Counted from the first letter of the whole stretch, positions 12,501 through 25,386 are shown. The stretch is 62,075 nucleotides of DNA, filler included, from Choristocarpus tenellus KU-1152 (GCA_964200185.2; 12 parts of 12 records of this genome joined end to end with filler, not necessarily neighbours in it), one strand, 5' to 3'. The notes: generated by a model from the letters alone, not told the origin. Numbers and translations are program-made.

Positions 12501-13750
12501 CCCTGTTTGTCCATTTGGGGCTTTGGTTCCCACGGATTTTTTATGACACTTTCCTACTCCGAAATGGTTCAGAGGGAGTAAAATGTATACATTATGAAAA
12601 CGTGTGTCTGGAACAAGGACATTGATACTTCCTAACAAACACGGATAGTAGCCAAAATTACGTCAAAATCGCAACATTGGATTTTCGCCATCAAATGGAC
12701 GCGGCTCTACTCTCTAAGATACTTCAACTCAATATGTATTCATTTTACCTACTCCGAAACATTTCGGAGAAGGAAATGTCATAAGAAAAAACATGGGAAG
12801 CCAAGCCCCAAACAGGGTAAGACTTGTACCCTGTAAGATACTCTCACTCACCATATTCATTTTCTATCTACCCTATGTGCTGGCCTTACTTGACTCTATG
12901 CTTCTTCTCCTCCCATCTCCATTTTCTGCCTCTGCATCCCCCCTGGATTGTGAGACAAGGATTGCATTCCTGGAGATGAGCACCTCGCCTGATGCAGGAA
13001 AGGTAGCACAACTGCTAAATGGTTTCAAACTGGACCGAGGCCGACACCTCCAGGTACCTTGATCCCTTCAGTAAGTTCGAAAAAATGGAATGTGAAATTG
13101 ATTATGTATTCTCAGCTTTTCAATAGTTTTGAGACTTCACTCAAGGAATTAATCCTTAAGAACTTGGCTCTATGCGGGATAGATGCAACATAGGTGTGGC
13201 ACCGGACAAACATAATCCAAATTTACTGCACTCGTGTAGGACCTGATCCCAGCCCAGTTAATGTGCATACAGACTGTACTCCCTAGTTGCCAGACCTACT
13301 TTAGCTCAGTCTCTAGCATTGATTGAACTGGTTGGCGCGGAATTGCATTACTTTGAAGCTTAGTGCGTTGCTTCAGCTCGATTCTGGCGTGTGTAGAGAT
13401 TCATCCTTTTGATGGCCATTGGTTGCTGTACATTATTACTATTGATTTGATTGGTCAAGAACAAACATCTTGAAAAAGTAAGGCAGAGTCAAGCAAAGGG
13501 GTAAGAAAGCAGAGCGAACGACTATTTAGCATATTGTGATCAGTACATGCATCCGGGTTGTTCACATTTCTTCTGGGTCGCTGCATTTCTCCTTTATTAA
13601 ACCCAAGTGTGCACAGCAGTTCTCCGATTGCAAGTACCACTGATTCTGTAACAAAAAATTGTGCAAGTGCACCATGCCAGCCTAGATGGGAAAGACCATG
13701 GAAGAAGGATGGCAAATAAAGAAAACTCTACTATTGCAGCAACACAACAG
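9600..13750 (-). pseudogene. Heavily decayed coding relic, probably a large DNA transposon (tentatively Transib/RAG-like)
   Basis: Stop- and frameshift-broken minus-strand peptides with no splice structure: FFHG..GALAQFF (~13650-13705), LLTCLTEIDDIL..KTVL..FCFMML, AQFNKRVS, NTACQACF (~11800-12070), Cys-rich CGTRFCDSPC..SC (~10400-10445). Interrupted by a nested MITE. Boundaries approximate. Confidence 0.35.
12330..12849. mobile_element. Nested MITE pair: long-subfamily copy containing an inverted copy (12474-12730)
   Basis: Outer ends GAGTCAAAGCATCTC ... AAGATACTCTCACTC. Inner ends AAAGTATCTTAGAGGGTA ... CTCTAAGATACTTCAACTC. The outer sequence resumes colinear with the 57764 copy after 12730. 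Confidence 0.85.
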
Positions 13751-13864
13751 TGCACACCTAGTAGCCTTATCATATTTAGTGTGTTCTAAGCATGTAGTAG
13801 TTGTGAAACACTATGCTCTAAAATTTTTTACATATTTCTCCAGGACACTGCAATGCTTGTAGAT

Positions 13865-14081
13865 GAGTGAACGTATCTCACAGGGTCCGAGGTTTTATCC
13901 TCTTGTCCGTTTGGGGCTTGACTTCCCACGGGTTTTTTATAGCATTTTCCTATCCGAAATGTTTCGGAGTAGGTAAAATGTATACTTTTGGAGTAGGTAT
14001 CACGTTTATGTTCGGAACAAGGATGCTGACGCTTCCTAACAAACACGATAGCCAAAATTGGGTCAAAGTATCTGGGGGGGG
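13865..14081. mobile_element. Long-subfamily MITE (13865-14059) interrupted by a poly-G MITE end (14060-14081)
   Basis: Starts GAGTGAACGTATCT and matches the family interior up to GCCAAAATT, then switches to GGGTCAAAGTATCTGGGG at the contig end. Confidence 0.85.
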
Positions 14082-14726
14082 NNNNNNNNNNNNNNNNNNN
14101 NNNNNNNNNNNNNNNNNNNNNNNNNTTAATTAATTAANNNNNNNNNNNNNNNNNNNNNNNNNNNNNNNNNNNNNNNNNNNNGGCTGGGTGTCCAGAAAGG
14201 GGTGTGGGGGGGGGGTGTTAGGCTAGGGGGGAGATAGCTTTTGTTGCTACGAGCTTGTGAAGTACGTAAGATAGAAAGAATAAATATATATATATATATT
14301 TTATAAAGTAAATTGTGTAGCGAGGCCTCACCTTTAAAATAAAAATAGAACAAAAAGGGGAGTCGTTACAAGGGCGATGAGCTGTTTTGTTCTGTGCCCC
14401 AGAGGATGGACCGGTTTACAATTCTTTCCAATAACGGATTGCAATCTTCCAAGCGTGTGTGTGAATCTGTTCACCGGGACCGCATCATGTACACTGACAC
14501 ACACCCTTGTTTCAAGTGAAGGGGCATAATGCACGAACTCGGCAGTCAAGGGGATGGATAACAATCAGGCGGTGGTGTTCCCCACCCACGAAAAAAAAAA
14601 AAAAGTCAAAGAAAAAAAATTTCTTCCCAAAAAGAAAAATACTAATAATAATATATATATATATATTCAAAAAACAGAAGAGAAACGAAAGGTAAAGCTG
14701 TGACAACCCAAACAGGGCCTCCTCAC

Positions 14727-16259
14727 CAATTGTGCTAGCCCCTGTATAATATCGGCCACGTTGATCTCTCCTCTTCCACCCCGCTCGGCGCACTTTGCTG
14801 CCTCCAACCCTATTGCTTCCACATAGTGCCCTACCTACATCAAACAACGTCACGAAAGAAGCACAGAGGGAGGGGGAGTCTTTTGTGTATTGTCATTGAT
14901 CGTTTAACTCTCTCTATATATATATATTAACCGATTTTAAAACACAGTCTCCATCTCTTAATTTATGTTTGAGGGCTATTAATGCCAATTTTTTCTATAT
15001 TTTTAAAACTTCGGCAACGAGGATGATAACACTTTCGTTTTGTGTTCTAAGTTCTGTGAGAATGGGACCACTGCAACAAAGAGTCAAACACAAGCCTCGA
15101 GTATGCATGCAATATGGGAGATGGATATTAGGATTGTCAGAAGTAACGCGAATTAAGTCCCAGCGACACAAGGCATCGGAATGCATATTGCAGCAGAAAG
15201 TGTATTCGAGGGTATGTTGACGGACCTGCCCCACATGATCAGGAGGAAAAGATGTCAAGGGTAGCTGTCACAGTGGAGCACCATGTTGCAAATTTGGCAC
15301 AGAACTGATGAGAACAGTATTCACCGTCACTTGTTTGCTGGTAGGTGCTACAATGCAGAGCACTAGTGCATGCCGTGGAGGTGGATAGCCAAGACAGAAA
15401 ATGCTGGGGTGCGATAGAGACTTTGCTGAAGGGGCGTTACAATTGTATACTCACCATCTTCAGAGAGATCGATCCCACTCTGTTTCAAGAGAATAAAACA
15501 TTCATGCACTCCTATGCTGAACCCATTGAGGAGAGCTACATATTGCCACCACAATCAAATAGAGTAAGGAAGCACAAAGGTTAACAAGCATCCACTTTAC
15601 GGTGACCTCAATACCTCACGTACTCTGAGTCAGATTGGCATGTCCAGCGTTGTGGACCATTGCAACTTGATCACATGATGATTTTTAAAAGGCAAGTAGT
15701 GGACAAATATGTCGAGACAAATGTCCACACACATTTACACTTGTCTGGCACAGTCGATGTTCTGTCCAGTCTCTCGTGTAGTCAATGAGTTCTCGCCTTG
15801 AATCAGGACTTACCACATCAGCCAAACTATCCAGCACTCCCGCAGTTGTATCCGTGAACCCGAGGGTGACGCATACGTGTGCAACCGCCTGGGGGAACGT
15901 TTCGAAAGGGGTTCAAGGGATAGGTTTATTCCACTTGTGAAGATGAGTAGGGGTAAAAGTCCAGTCCAGCTCAGTCCAGCTAATGACAAGTAAAGCAAAC
16001 GAAGGAGAGATGTTAGGTAGAGGGAAATCATGTATGTGCTCAAGCGGTACGAGATCGCAAGAACCGGAATCTCCATGATAGGATTTGAACACCTACCATT
16101 CATGATACTTGTCCAAAAAGGCAGGGCCCATGACCTATCACGAGAGTACATTTGTAGCTGATGTCTCTAGACATCGTGGTCATAAACATTTTACGAACAT
16201 GAGCAATATATCGACCTTACCTGCTTGGTCAGGGAGCGAGCAAAAGCTTGGCTATCCAT
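14727..16259 (-). CDS. TAF3/TAF8-type bromodomain-associated (BTP) histone-fold protein, 5' exons
   Basis: Three short phase-0 exons (not called as such in the ORF track): 16259-16221, 15888-15814, 14834-14727 give MDSQAFARSLTKQ|AVAHVCVTLGFTDTTAGVLDSLADV|VGHYVEAIGLEAAKCAERGGRGEINVADIIQGLAQL, which matches the BTP fold pattern. Confidence 0.88.
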
Positions 16260-16409
16260 TTTGTCACCGCTCCCATGTCATTTGATGGATTGGATTCCTC
16301 TACAAACCATCTCAAAGCTTAACTTACCGTTATTTCTATTTAATACCTTGTCAATTCCGTTGTGCAAACAAATCCAAATGATCAAAGGCACAAAGGTCCA
16401 CGTTCCGCC

Positions 16410-17924
16410 ATGAGCCGATATGCCTATGAGTTTGACAACGATTACGATCAGGGTGCAGTGCCCGATACCAGGCCCCCGAGTGCCATCGTAGCTGCCGGCC
16501 AGGGAAAGAAGCGTGCCAGAGAGCTTTCCAAACTCAAGGAGAGCCTTGAGAGGGTATCCGAGAAAGAGAGGCAATCTTGGGATCACCTGAAGAGGGCAGT
16601 GTCAGGGGAAGGTGTAGCTGGTGAAAAGGGGAAGTTCGCTGCGGCGGGAAGCTCGAGAGCAGTGGAGCACATTAGGGTACGTTCTGGTGTTTAGTGAGCG
16701 AACACCAATGCGAGTTGTACCGTATTGTAGATGTGGTCATGAATTGTGTTGACAGTGGATGAGGTTCAAAGGGTATAGTATAGCTACCTCATCTTACCTT
16801 CACATTTTTACCCCGCTCTTCCATAGTGGAAGATCACACTCTGTTAGTTTCTCAGTGCCACCTTCCTCTGGTTTGACTAAGAAAGTTTTGCCAATGACGA
16901 GATGACCCGATTCAACCACTCCTGGTATTCAATCGAGGGATATGTATAACGGGAATGATAATCTACCAGACTGTGTGTGTAAGGGCGTAATTAGCCGCAC
17001 TATTGTTAAGAGTTTAGGCCTTATCAAATCCCCATTGACATGTCCATGGGATATCTGTGTTGTCCAAACAAAACGCACAACTTGTGTATCTTTCTAAATG
17101 TTTGATTGGACTGATCCCTTCCAGGCCAAAACAGTGGGACTAGTAACTGCAGAGGATTTCCGGAAGACTCGAGAGGCCGCGGACGCCATGGAAGAGGCTG
17201 AGAAGGTGAATAGAGAAAGGGAGGAAGAGTCGAAGCGCAAGAAGGAGGAGAAGCGAAAGCGGAAGAAGAAGGACAAGGAGACTCAACTTAGAAAGAGTAA
17301 AATGTCATTTGACTCGGATGATGAGGGTGAAACTGGAGGAAGTGATACCACTGGCTCGCGCGAGGGAATACGAGGTGTTTCGGTGAGTCTGTCAATTTCT
17401 CAGGTCAGTGTGCAATCATGTGGATAAGTCTTTATGGGTTGGGGAATGTGTAACATATCTGAATTATCCATAATTGTAGACTTTCCCCTTTCCCCCTCTC
17501 CGTTTACTGTACAGAAGGGAGCGGTTTTAGGTTGTGACGTGATTCTAAACATGCCGTGATGCATCTCCTTAGCACATGTTTCAATATCCAATTATGTCAT
17601 GCTCGCAGTTGCAGTAACACCCTCCTTCCACCCCCCTGTGCCTTGCCTTGCCCTTCCCTTCATGTATGCTAGAATAACGTAGTACCACAGTCTACTCCTT
17701 GTAGCGACAACGCAAATGGGGACTGCAATGAGTTTGAAACCAAGAACCAGGACGTCACCAGTGCTCTGCCACAGCCAACCAGCAGTAATGAGGTAGGGGG
17801 ACTCAAGACCTGCACTGGAGGGGTAGATACAAATTGCAACATGAAAGGTGCCGCCCCCAATAAAGACAATTTGAACGCTGCACGAAAGCTGAGAGAGAAT
17901 CTGCTCAAGCGACACAATGGGTAA
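16410..17924 (+). CDS. XAP5/FAM50-like N-terminal coiled-coil protein
   Basis: Exons 16410-16676, 17125-17382 and tentatively 17673-17924. KFAA...IRAKTVGLVTAEDFRK, a K/R-rich run and KMSFDSDDE parallel the FAM50 TVGLVT..LSF region. Confidence 0.65.
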
Positions 17925-19709
17925 GATGGCAAGGGGGTAACCGTTCGTGTTGCCAGCACCAATTCAGAAACAGGAGGAACAGGAGAAGCAAATGAAAGTG
18001 GCATCTAAATTTCTTTGAAATCGTTGTTATTACTGTATCAAAATTGTTGGTTAGGTGAGTGCTGTAGTCATATATGCTATTACCAAGTGACACATGGAAC
18101 TGAAGTGATAGGCACTCTGCAGTGCGAGGATTGAAGGTAAGCAGACCAGTGGTTCCTCTAGATGAAGCGCCTTTCCTATACATATTTGTATTGTACTCTC
18201 TAATACATAAACGTTCTTTGACCATATCAAGAGAAACAAAAACAGCTCCTTGCTTCTGTGACGTACCGATATACTACTATCTTTGTTTGTGTTCATTTTC
18301 GCAACATTAGACTCTTGCATTATATAGAGGGGAACTTGGGCACTACCCAGTCAAACAGTTTTTGCTTGCCTGGCTGTGCCTGGGGTGACTTACTTGTGTG
18401 GGCAGGATGGAAGGAGTGGGCTCGAGAGAGTTGGGGATTAAGCAGGATGTTGTTGGGTGAGATATGGAAGTTGGCTGGGTAGGATACGTGGAAAGCTCAA
18501 GCATATGGAAAGTGTGATCACTCATAAAACCAGAGGTCATGAGTCAGGTGGGAGGTTAAGGAGACTGTGTCTGTGGCACAAGGCTTGTACAGAGTATCCC
18601 CATACTCCTTTATAGAAGAGCTTGATTAACCAACTTTGTGTAATCAGGTAAGAGGAGAATGAGATGAACGCCCTTCTAGCATTGGGCAAAGCATTGGATT
18701 TGTTATGCACCTGAACACGGGCGAAGGCAGGTACCTTCTGTGGATCCTTATCTCTTTTCTACAACTTACGCATATTGGTGCAACACCACTGAAGACGGAG
18801 TGTTGCTCCTTTGGCTGTTTGAGTCAGCATTGATATTTCAAAAAGATCATTTAAGTGTGAGCTGCATGCAAATATGGCAATAGACAAGGGGTTGCACTTC
18901 TTGGTTTGTGCACACAAAACGGTGCTTACACCGCCAGTTCTGCTTCAATCATCTTACTGCATTCAGATTGTCTACCTTGGTGGTAGTGCCCAGCAGGTAG
19001 CACACGGTAGACATGGGGTGTGCAAGTTCTTCCTCGCATATTACACAGATCAATGAGAGTCAGTTTCTATTTTAGAGTTCATCATCCCAACCACCAGCAA
19101 GGGTGCTCATATTCACGAATGTGATGGGTGTCGGGAGAAGTTGTACTCCAAGAGCCATACTTCATTGCCAATTTACCCAAGCTATCACACACATACAATC
19201 CCTACTTGTTGCAGATGATTGTCAAGAGCATCCTAAACATACTCATCAACCTCTTCTCTTCTAACTCTCTCCTCCACTTCAGGACAACTGGGGATGGAGA
19301 TATGGGGTGTGTGTACAACTATGGTCACAATATTTTGCTTCCTGCTGTTCTGAGTCATCTTGGGAGTGTTATGCTCGACCACTGAACAATTTCTCAACTA
19401 GTTGGACGCTTGGTGTATGCCGGAACTTGTCAGCCCTTCTGGGGGAAACCAGTGGAAAAAACGGCTTGTTGCATAATGTAGTAATTTAATCCTAGATACA
19501 GTACTATTTTAATGTTGGTACTACCTGATCTACTATAGTCCTTTCTGATGCTCTGATAGTACCTCACTTATTCACATCGCTTAGTCAACCAAACTAACTG
19601 AAGCTCTTATCCTTCACACAAACCTTGAACAAGCTGGACTATGACATAGATAACAGGATACTCCTCTGTCCCATAAGTCTGTGCAGTTAAGTTGTAGCTC
19701 TTTGAGAGA

Positions 19710-21350
19710 CGACCTCCAATTACAAAACGATTTTTTGCGCTGGATTCCTTAGAATTTTCTACAATAAATAAGTGTGTCTCGCCTTTACTCGACTCCATCA
19801 ATCCACCAAATCATCATCACGTTGTAGGCGACTCGGTCTACTTCAACCACTCTAGCCAACCCGCCCTCCAGCTGCCTTTTTTTGGTCCCTTGCGCTCTAC
19901 CTCGAAATCGTTCCCCCCCAGTGCTCTAAACACCTGGTTGTACCTCTTGAACAGACTCTGTCACACCCTTTCAAGTCTGTCTGCGTTGTACATGTGTAAC
20001 ATGCTGTTAACCCTCTCTACAAGGTCGTCAATGGAGCTGAAACACTCCTCCCAAACCCTGCTATTCAAGGATGTAAAAATACCCAAATCGTTGATGTTGA
20101 GATCCGACGACTGTGCTGACTGCATCTCGAGCTTAACTTCCCATTTGTCCTTCCTGCCTGCGGTGATCAGCTTCTGCACCATGCCTTTGCCTGTATGAGG
20201 GTTGCACCGTCCTGCTGTTCGACCCCCCCTCCTGATTCCAGCCACTGCAATTTTTCCTTGATCGCTGGCAACAGCTGCTCCATGCACCACTCAGCATCGA
20301 CTGTGACTTTGACCTCGTACTCCTCACCCTCCATGCACCGCTCTGTAGCTCTTTGCACCTGTTTCGTAACACAAATCCGCCAGATCCCAATCTTGCCATC
20401 GAATCACAGAAAGGATCTGCATGCAAAACAGCGATGATGAACATCACTTTTAGGATATGCCTCTCATGCTGCATCCTTGTTGATCTCACCTTTTCCTCTC
20501 CTGGGAACATGCACACCTTCTCTCCATTGTACATGAGGTAGAATCACGCCTCGTCGATATGAATCGTGTTGAGGTCAGTCCTGTACGTTTTTCCATTGCA
20601 GGAGATCTGCTTGAGGATGAAGTCCACCCGGTCCTTGTGATAAAGGGAAAGGCTAGGAATGATGCGCCGCTGAACCCTTGTTGCTCCCATGGCACGGAGC
20701 CAGCGCTGAAGCTTTGAGCTGCTGACTGTGAGGTCTGCATTGGGGAGCTTGGTGGAAATTTGGTGGAGAGTCAGTGTGTGATTATGGACGCTGATTTCCA
20801 GAATCCTCGCTTGTTTCGTTGGCATGAAGTCCAGTGGTCAGCCAGATCATGCTTGTGATTTCAGAGAGAAGGTATTCCCACAGTCTACCTGCACTTTCAC
20901 GTGTGCCCACGACAATGTAGGAAACCTCTCTCCCACTCCAGAATTTTTGCTCAATTTAGGCCCCACACCTCTCAGGACCCTCTCGTGACTTGGGGGAAGA
21001 GTCAATGTGTCACACAGACTAAGTGTGGTCTGACCTTCCTTGGTTTGCTCGCAGTTCTTTCCATGAGCTCATGGGCTTTATGGTGGGTACGACAAGCTCT
21101 GGGGGCTAGCCATGGGGGTCGAACGCGTCCTGTGTATGCGATTAGACAGACTCTGTGTTCCACTATTGTCGATGCAGAGGGCTCTGCGTTGCCCCAAAAT
21201 CATTACAAAAAGGAGCCGAGTATTCCCCATTGTGTTTTCCATTCTTTCGGAATCATTTCAGAACGGAATTATTTAAATAATTATTCTGATTATTTGTGTA
21301 GAATATTCCAAGGAATCCAATACAAAAATCCCTTTTGGAATCGGAGGTCA
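19710..21350 (-). mobile_element. Decayed Tc1/mariner transposon (plant-mariner-like, DD40D spacing) with ~55-60 bp TIRs
   Basis: Broken motifs IHIDEA*FY, KVMFIIAV, QQDGA, HTGKG, QSSDLNINDLGIFTSL. Left TIR CGACCTCCAATTACAAAACGATTTTTTGCGCTGGATTCCTTAGAAT is the approximate reverse complement of 21300-21350. Confidence 0.88.
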
Positions 21351-22067
21351 TCTAGAAGAGATACAACTTACCGGCACAGACTTATGAGACAAAGAGATTA
21401 TATACACAAATATTGATGTAAAGAACATGTATCGAGGATAGTATTAGGGAACAACTTTGCATTATTATAAAAATACACCACCGAAGTAAACAACTGTAGC
21501 GATGAGTACACACACAAGCGAAAGTGTGGAGGTCAACCTACCTCCCGGGTTGGAGGCCCATTTTCCATCAGGCGTCAACCCCCTTGTTGTGGCTTGCTCC
21601 TATATTCTATCCTTCCGGAAAGAGCTATTCGCTGACAAAGCACACTACAGCAAGGGGTCCACTCTAGCTGGAGATCGCTGCCCTGTTACATCACCTCGTC
21701 CTCCTAAGTACCTGCAACTGGAACGGATATGTCTCTTTTTCTTCTTGCCATGTCACCACACCCTATGAGCAAGTCTCTCTCGTGACCTCCACAAAATATA
21801 TATATACCCATATAGCCTCACCCATGCCCCAACCCTACTCTGGGGTAAGCTGGGCAAACTTCCCCCCATTTTCCACTCCATCTTTCTTCCCATCCTCTAC
21901 CCCATACTCCAGTCCTGGCACCAACCGAAACCAAGCCTCCTCCTGCTCCGTCATCCTCCTGTACACAATTTAAGTGCTTCTCAAGGGCCTGCCATTCAGT
22001 GTGTGGGTGATGCACAAATCATTCTCAATATGTAAATCTTCTAATGGTGTAAACAGTCGCCAGACCT

Positions 22068-22109
22068 GGGTCAAAGTATCTGGGGGGGGTGTCGGCGTCC
22101 GTTTTTCAC
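22068..22109. mobile_element. MITE end at contig break
   Basis: GGGTCAAAGTATCTGGGGGGGG..GGCGTCCGTTT, resembling one arm of the 52011 copy. Confidence 0.8.
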
Positions 22110-23412
22110 NNNNNNNNNNNNNNNNNNNNNNNNNNNNNNNNNNNNNNNNNNNNTTAATTAATTAANNNNNNNNNNNNNNNNNNNNNNNNNNNNNNNNNNN
22201 NNNNNNNNNTTCCCCCTCTGGGTGTTTTTTTTTGGTGTGTGGTGTGTGGTTTTTTTGGGGGTTTTTTTTGTGTTGGGTGGTGGGGGGGGGGGGGGGGGGG
22301 AGGGATTGGAGACAGAGGTCATCCTGGTATGTGTGATATATGGTGTGTTTGAGGGGGTCAACTACGGTGCTCTTGTCAATAATATTGTAAGTGGTGGGCA
22401 TACAATCAAGAAAAAAAGGAAAACAAAGTACAGCGCAAGGCACTTTAAAGTCCAGTTCCTCTGATTGGAGGAAATGGAATGAAAAGCAGCAATGTAACAA
22501 AAAAAAAGATACACTGCCTCACAAAGAGCTCAAGTCATACTGCTTGAATCAAGAGAGTACACATGGCATTTGAAATTTGAAGACAACACAGTGGGGTAGT
22601 GCTAAGGTCACTGCAATATACTATTGCATGCACTTGTGCCATTTTATCATTACATTACAGTGAAGGGGAAAGTGGGACACGAGGATCATGTTCAGCTGTT
22701 GCATGTTATGTGATATTGAAGATTGACCTCTTGGGTGGCCTGTCCTGATAACCGTGGTAGTCTGTACCATAAGCCAAAGAGAGCACATACACACACATAC
22801 TATGCGACAAAATATAGCAATGAAACACATCCACACCAGATGAAACCACAGCCTATTTTCTCATCCCCAACACACCACAGACAAAAACAGCCTCTCTTAC
22901 CAAGTCCTGTCAATAAAACACCACATGCACGGCCACTGTGCATTATACAAAGTATCACTCAACAATTTAGTTCTTCTCACCTCTTAAAAGGAGCTTGCGG
23001 ACCACCACTCTGCCCGTCTCTCCTGTTGCACCCACCACCAACACTTCTGGTACCTTCCAAGTAGTCAACAGTCCATGGTATCATAGTAAACACTACTAAA
23101 GACAACTTTACTGGGGGATGAACTGGGGGATGGTGCAAGATTGTGGGCTCTACATAGTCAATAATATCAAAATCGGTACTGGCACAGAGAGCCTGCATGC
23201 ACTAATTCATAAACTAAAACCATGCAGAAAACAACTTGTGAACTATGAGAATGGCAGATCACGTAGTCAATAATTGCAAACGGTCTTTGTCCTGGTTCTG
23301 GATGGGTCCAGGGCATGAAGAGTACTAGTCAGAAGGTGCATTAGTTGGGGCCTGGTGAAACACGACTCGCTTACTGTACCATGTGTGTGTGGAGTGATTC
23401 ATCTGCCCTTAC

Positions 23413-25112
23413 CTCTTCTTCGGTGTCAAACAAAGAGTATTGCCTCTTTTCATACTCCTCCAAACTCCTTATGGACACGCCTTCAAGCTGAGGGACAGTA
23501 AAGACATCAAGAATTTGTTGAGGGGTCAAGACACGCTCTAACACTTTGATTCGGAATATTCCTAATTGCAGGCAGCAACTGGATGAGAAACATCTCCTAC
23601 ACAGATAAAAGGAAATCTACATGTACTTCCTCCCACAAGTGGATCATGGTGTTACCAATACATTGCTCTTACTCCGTGGTCAATGGCACATTACAGTACA
23701 CAATACAGTACACAACATAGTACATAACATAGTACACAACATAGTACACAATACAGTGTACAATACAGTATACAATACAGTACACAACATAGTACACAAC
23801 ATAGTACACAATACAGGACACAATACAGGACACAATACAGGACACAACATAGTACATAATGCAGTACACAATGCAGTACACACACAGCCTTGGGAGTCAG
23901 CTACTTCCTAACCTAGTTATCCCAAAGAAGAATGTGTTGAAATGATAATGTGACATCCATACATAGAGCTCTTCCAAAATGGAAACAAGGGTTACAGAAG
24001 AGAGTTTAGTACATCTAGGCCAACTAAAGGAACACTCCACGAAAATAGTCCATATTCTATATTCTGTATCTTCATCCGGTCTAATAGTAAGCCCCAAATT
24101 ACATAATTACATGTAGTTTAACAGACAAAGCGTCACCATTGCATCACTTGTTCAATACAGTACGACTAGAAAGAAATACTCGGTTCGGTTGGACAGACAC
24201 CTTAGCATTATATACAAACATACAAGGTCTGATACACATCCACAACATGAATCCTCAACAACTCAGAAGATGCTTACATCACGCCGCTAAGGTCCACTAC
24301 ACACAGGATGCACCTACAAGAATCATCAGAGGTATCCACAGGTGTCTATTGAAAATAGTACGCTATTCGGACGCAGTCACTCATATTGGACTGGCGGCAA
24401 AGGAGTAAGTAGTATACTGCGAACACCAAGAATGTCATCATCTTGAGGTCCAACAAGATGACACACCCTGGACGTACATTCAAAACACTGGGCTTGCTTG
24501 GATTTACGCTAGGTAGGTGAGCAAGAAACAGACATCGCAAATACGACGTTTTGGAAAATACACACAAACTTCAATAGGTCGTGAGAATGTCCAGCATTTT
24601 AAAAGTTGATATCAATACAAAAACGGGAAGTTCTGGCATGAACTAGGGTTGTTCAGGTTTTTTCAGCACATCCCATAAAAATCACGTACCGGACTTGGCA
24701 CCCCGGTCAACTGGTCCAGGGCCCTCGATAAAACCTCCCTGAGATTCCTGCCAGCGTCGAACGCCTTCACAAAGGGGTTGGGGATGTTGGGCAACGTCAA
24801 CGAGTCACTCTCTCGACCTTCCTCGCCCTCTTCTCCCCAACCATCATCCTGTACTCCCTCCTTCAATTTTTCCCCATTCACATTGTCCTCTTGCTCTCCG
24901 TCCCCACTAGACATCCACAAACTGCAACATGTCTTTGGTGTGTCGACCCACTCGGTTCCCCATCGGACCTTGCACCCTCTCTCCCCTGCAGAGCTACAAG
25001 CTACTGACTTCGCAGAACTTGGAACCAAATTATTCAGTGAACTTGGGGGAGCGAAACCATGCGCGGACCCGGTGACCACAAGGATGACCAGCACAGCTTT
25101 CGATGCACCCAT
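23413..25112 (-). CDS. Plastid-targeted protein of unknown function, first two exons
   Basis: Exon 25112-24690 begins MGASKAVLVILVVTGSAHG|FAP (signal peptide plus FAP motif), then a Ser-rich transit peptide. In-phase exon 23487-23413 reads LEGVSIRSLEEYEKRQYSLFDTEEE with CAG/GTAAG sites. Confidence 0.75.
23690..23885. repeat. Intronic 12-bp minisatellite (about 16 units)
   Basis: Units vary around ACAGTACACAAT / ATAGTACACAAC. Confidence 0.95.
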
Positions 25113-25386
25113 CCCCTGCCTTGACTGTACGTTTGAGTCATGTCAGTCAGATTACTTAGGGTTAGGGACATACCATAATACGTAGTTATACGTCCTTGAC
25201 AAGTCAGCTTTTTTAGTGATATTTTTGATGTTTTTATGGTGTGTGTGGAAAGCATGTTTGTCTGTTATTATACCGTATTGCTCGTANNNNNNNNNNNNNN
25301 NNNNNNNNNNNNNNNNNNNNNNNNNNNNNNTTAATTAATTAANNNNNNNNNNNNNNNNNNNNNNNNNNNNNNNNNNNNNNNNNNNN

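Noticed and set aside
15345-15584. 79-aa plus-strand ORF with an acceptor-like site
   Set aside because: Antisense within a TAF-like intron, no partner exons or recognisable motif; possibly TE debris.
15810-16151. 113-aa minus ORF
   Set aside because: The real exon (15888-15814) is in another frame; the rest is intron.
19330-19460. Minus-strand fragment resembling a hAT-type P.SN.VERLFS motif
   Set aside because: Needs frameshifts and is too short to support a call.
21646-21712. Possible terminal exon YLGGRGDVTGQRSPARVDPLL* on the minus strand
   Set aside because: Single short candidate with no upstream exon in the contig.
23621-23911. HNTV/HNIV-repeat and Cys-rich ORFs; CRISPR-like look
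   Set aside because: Translations of a 12-bp minisatellite with no unique spacers, inside an intron.
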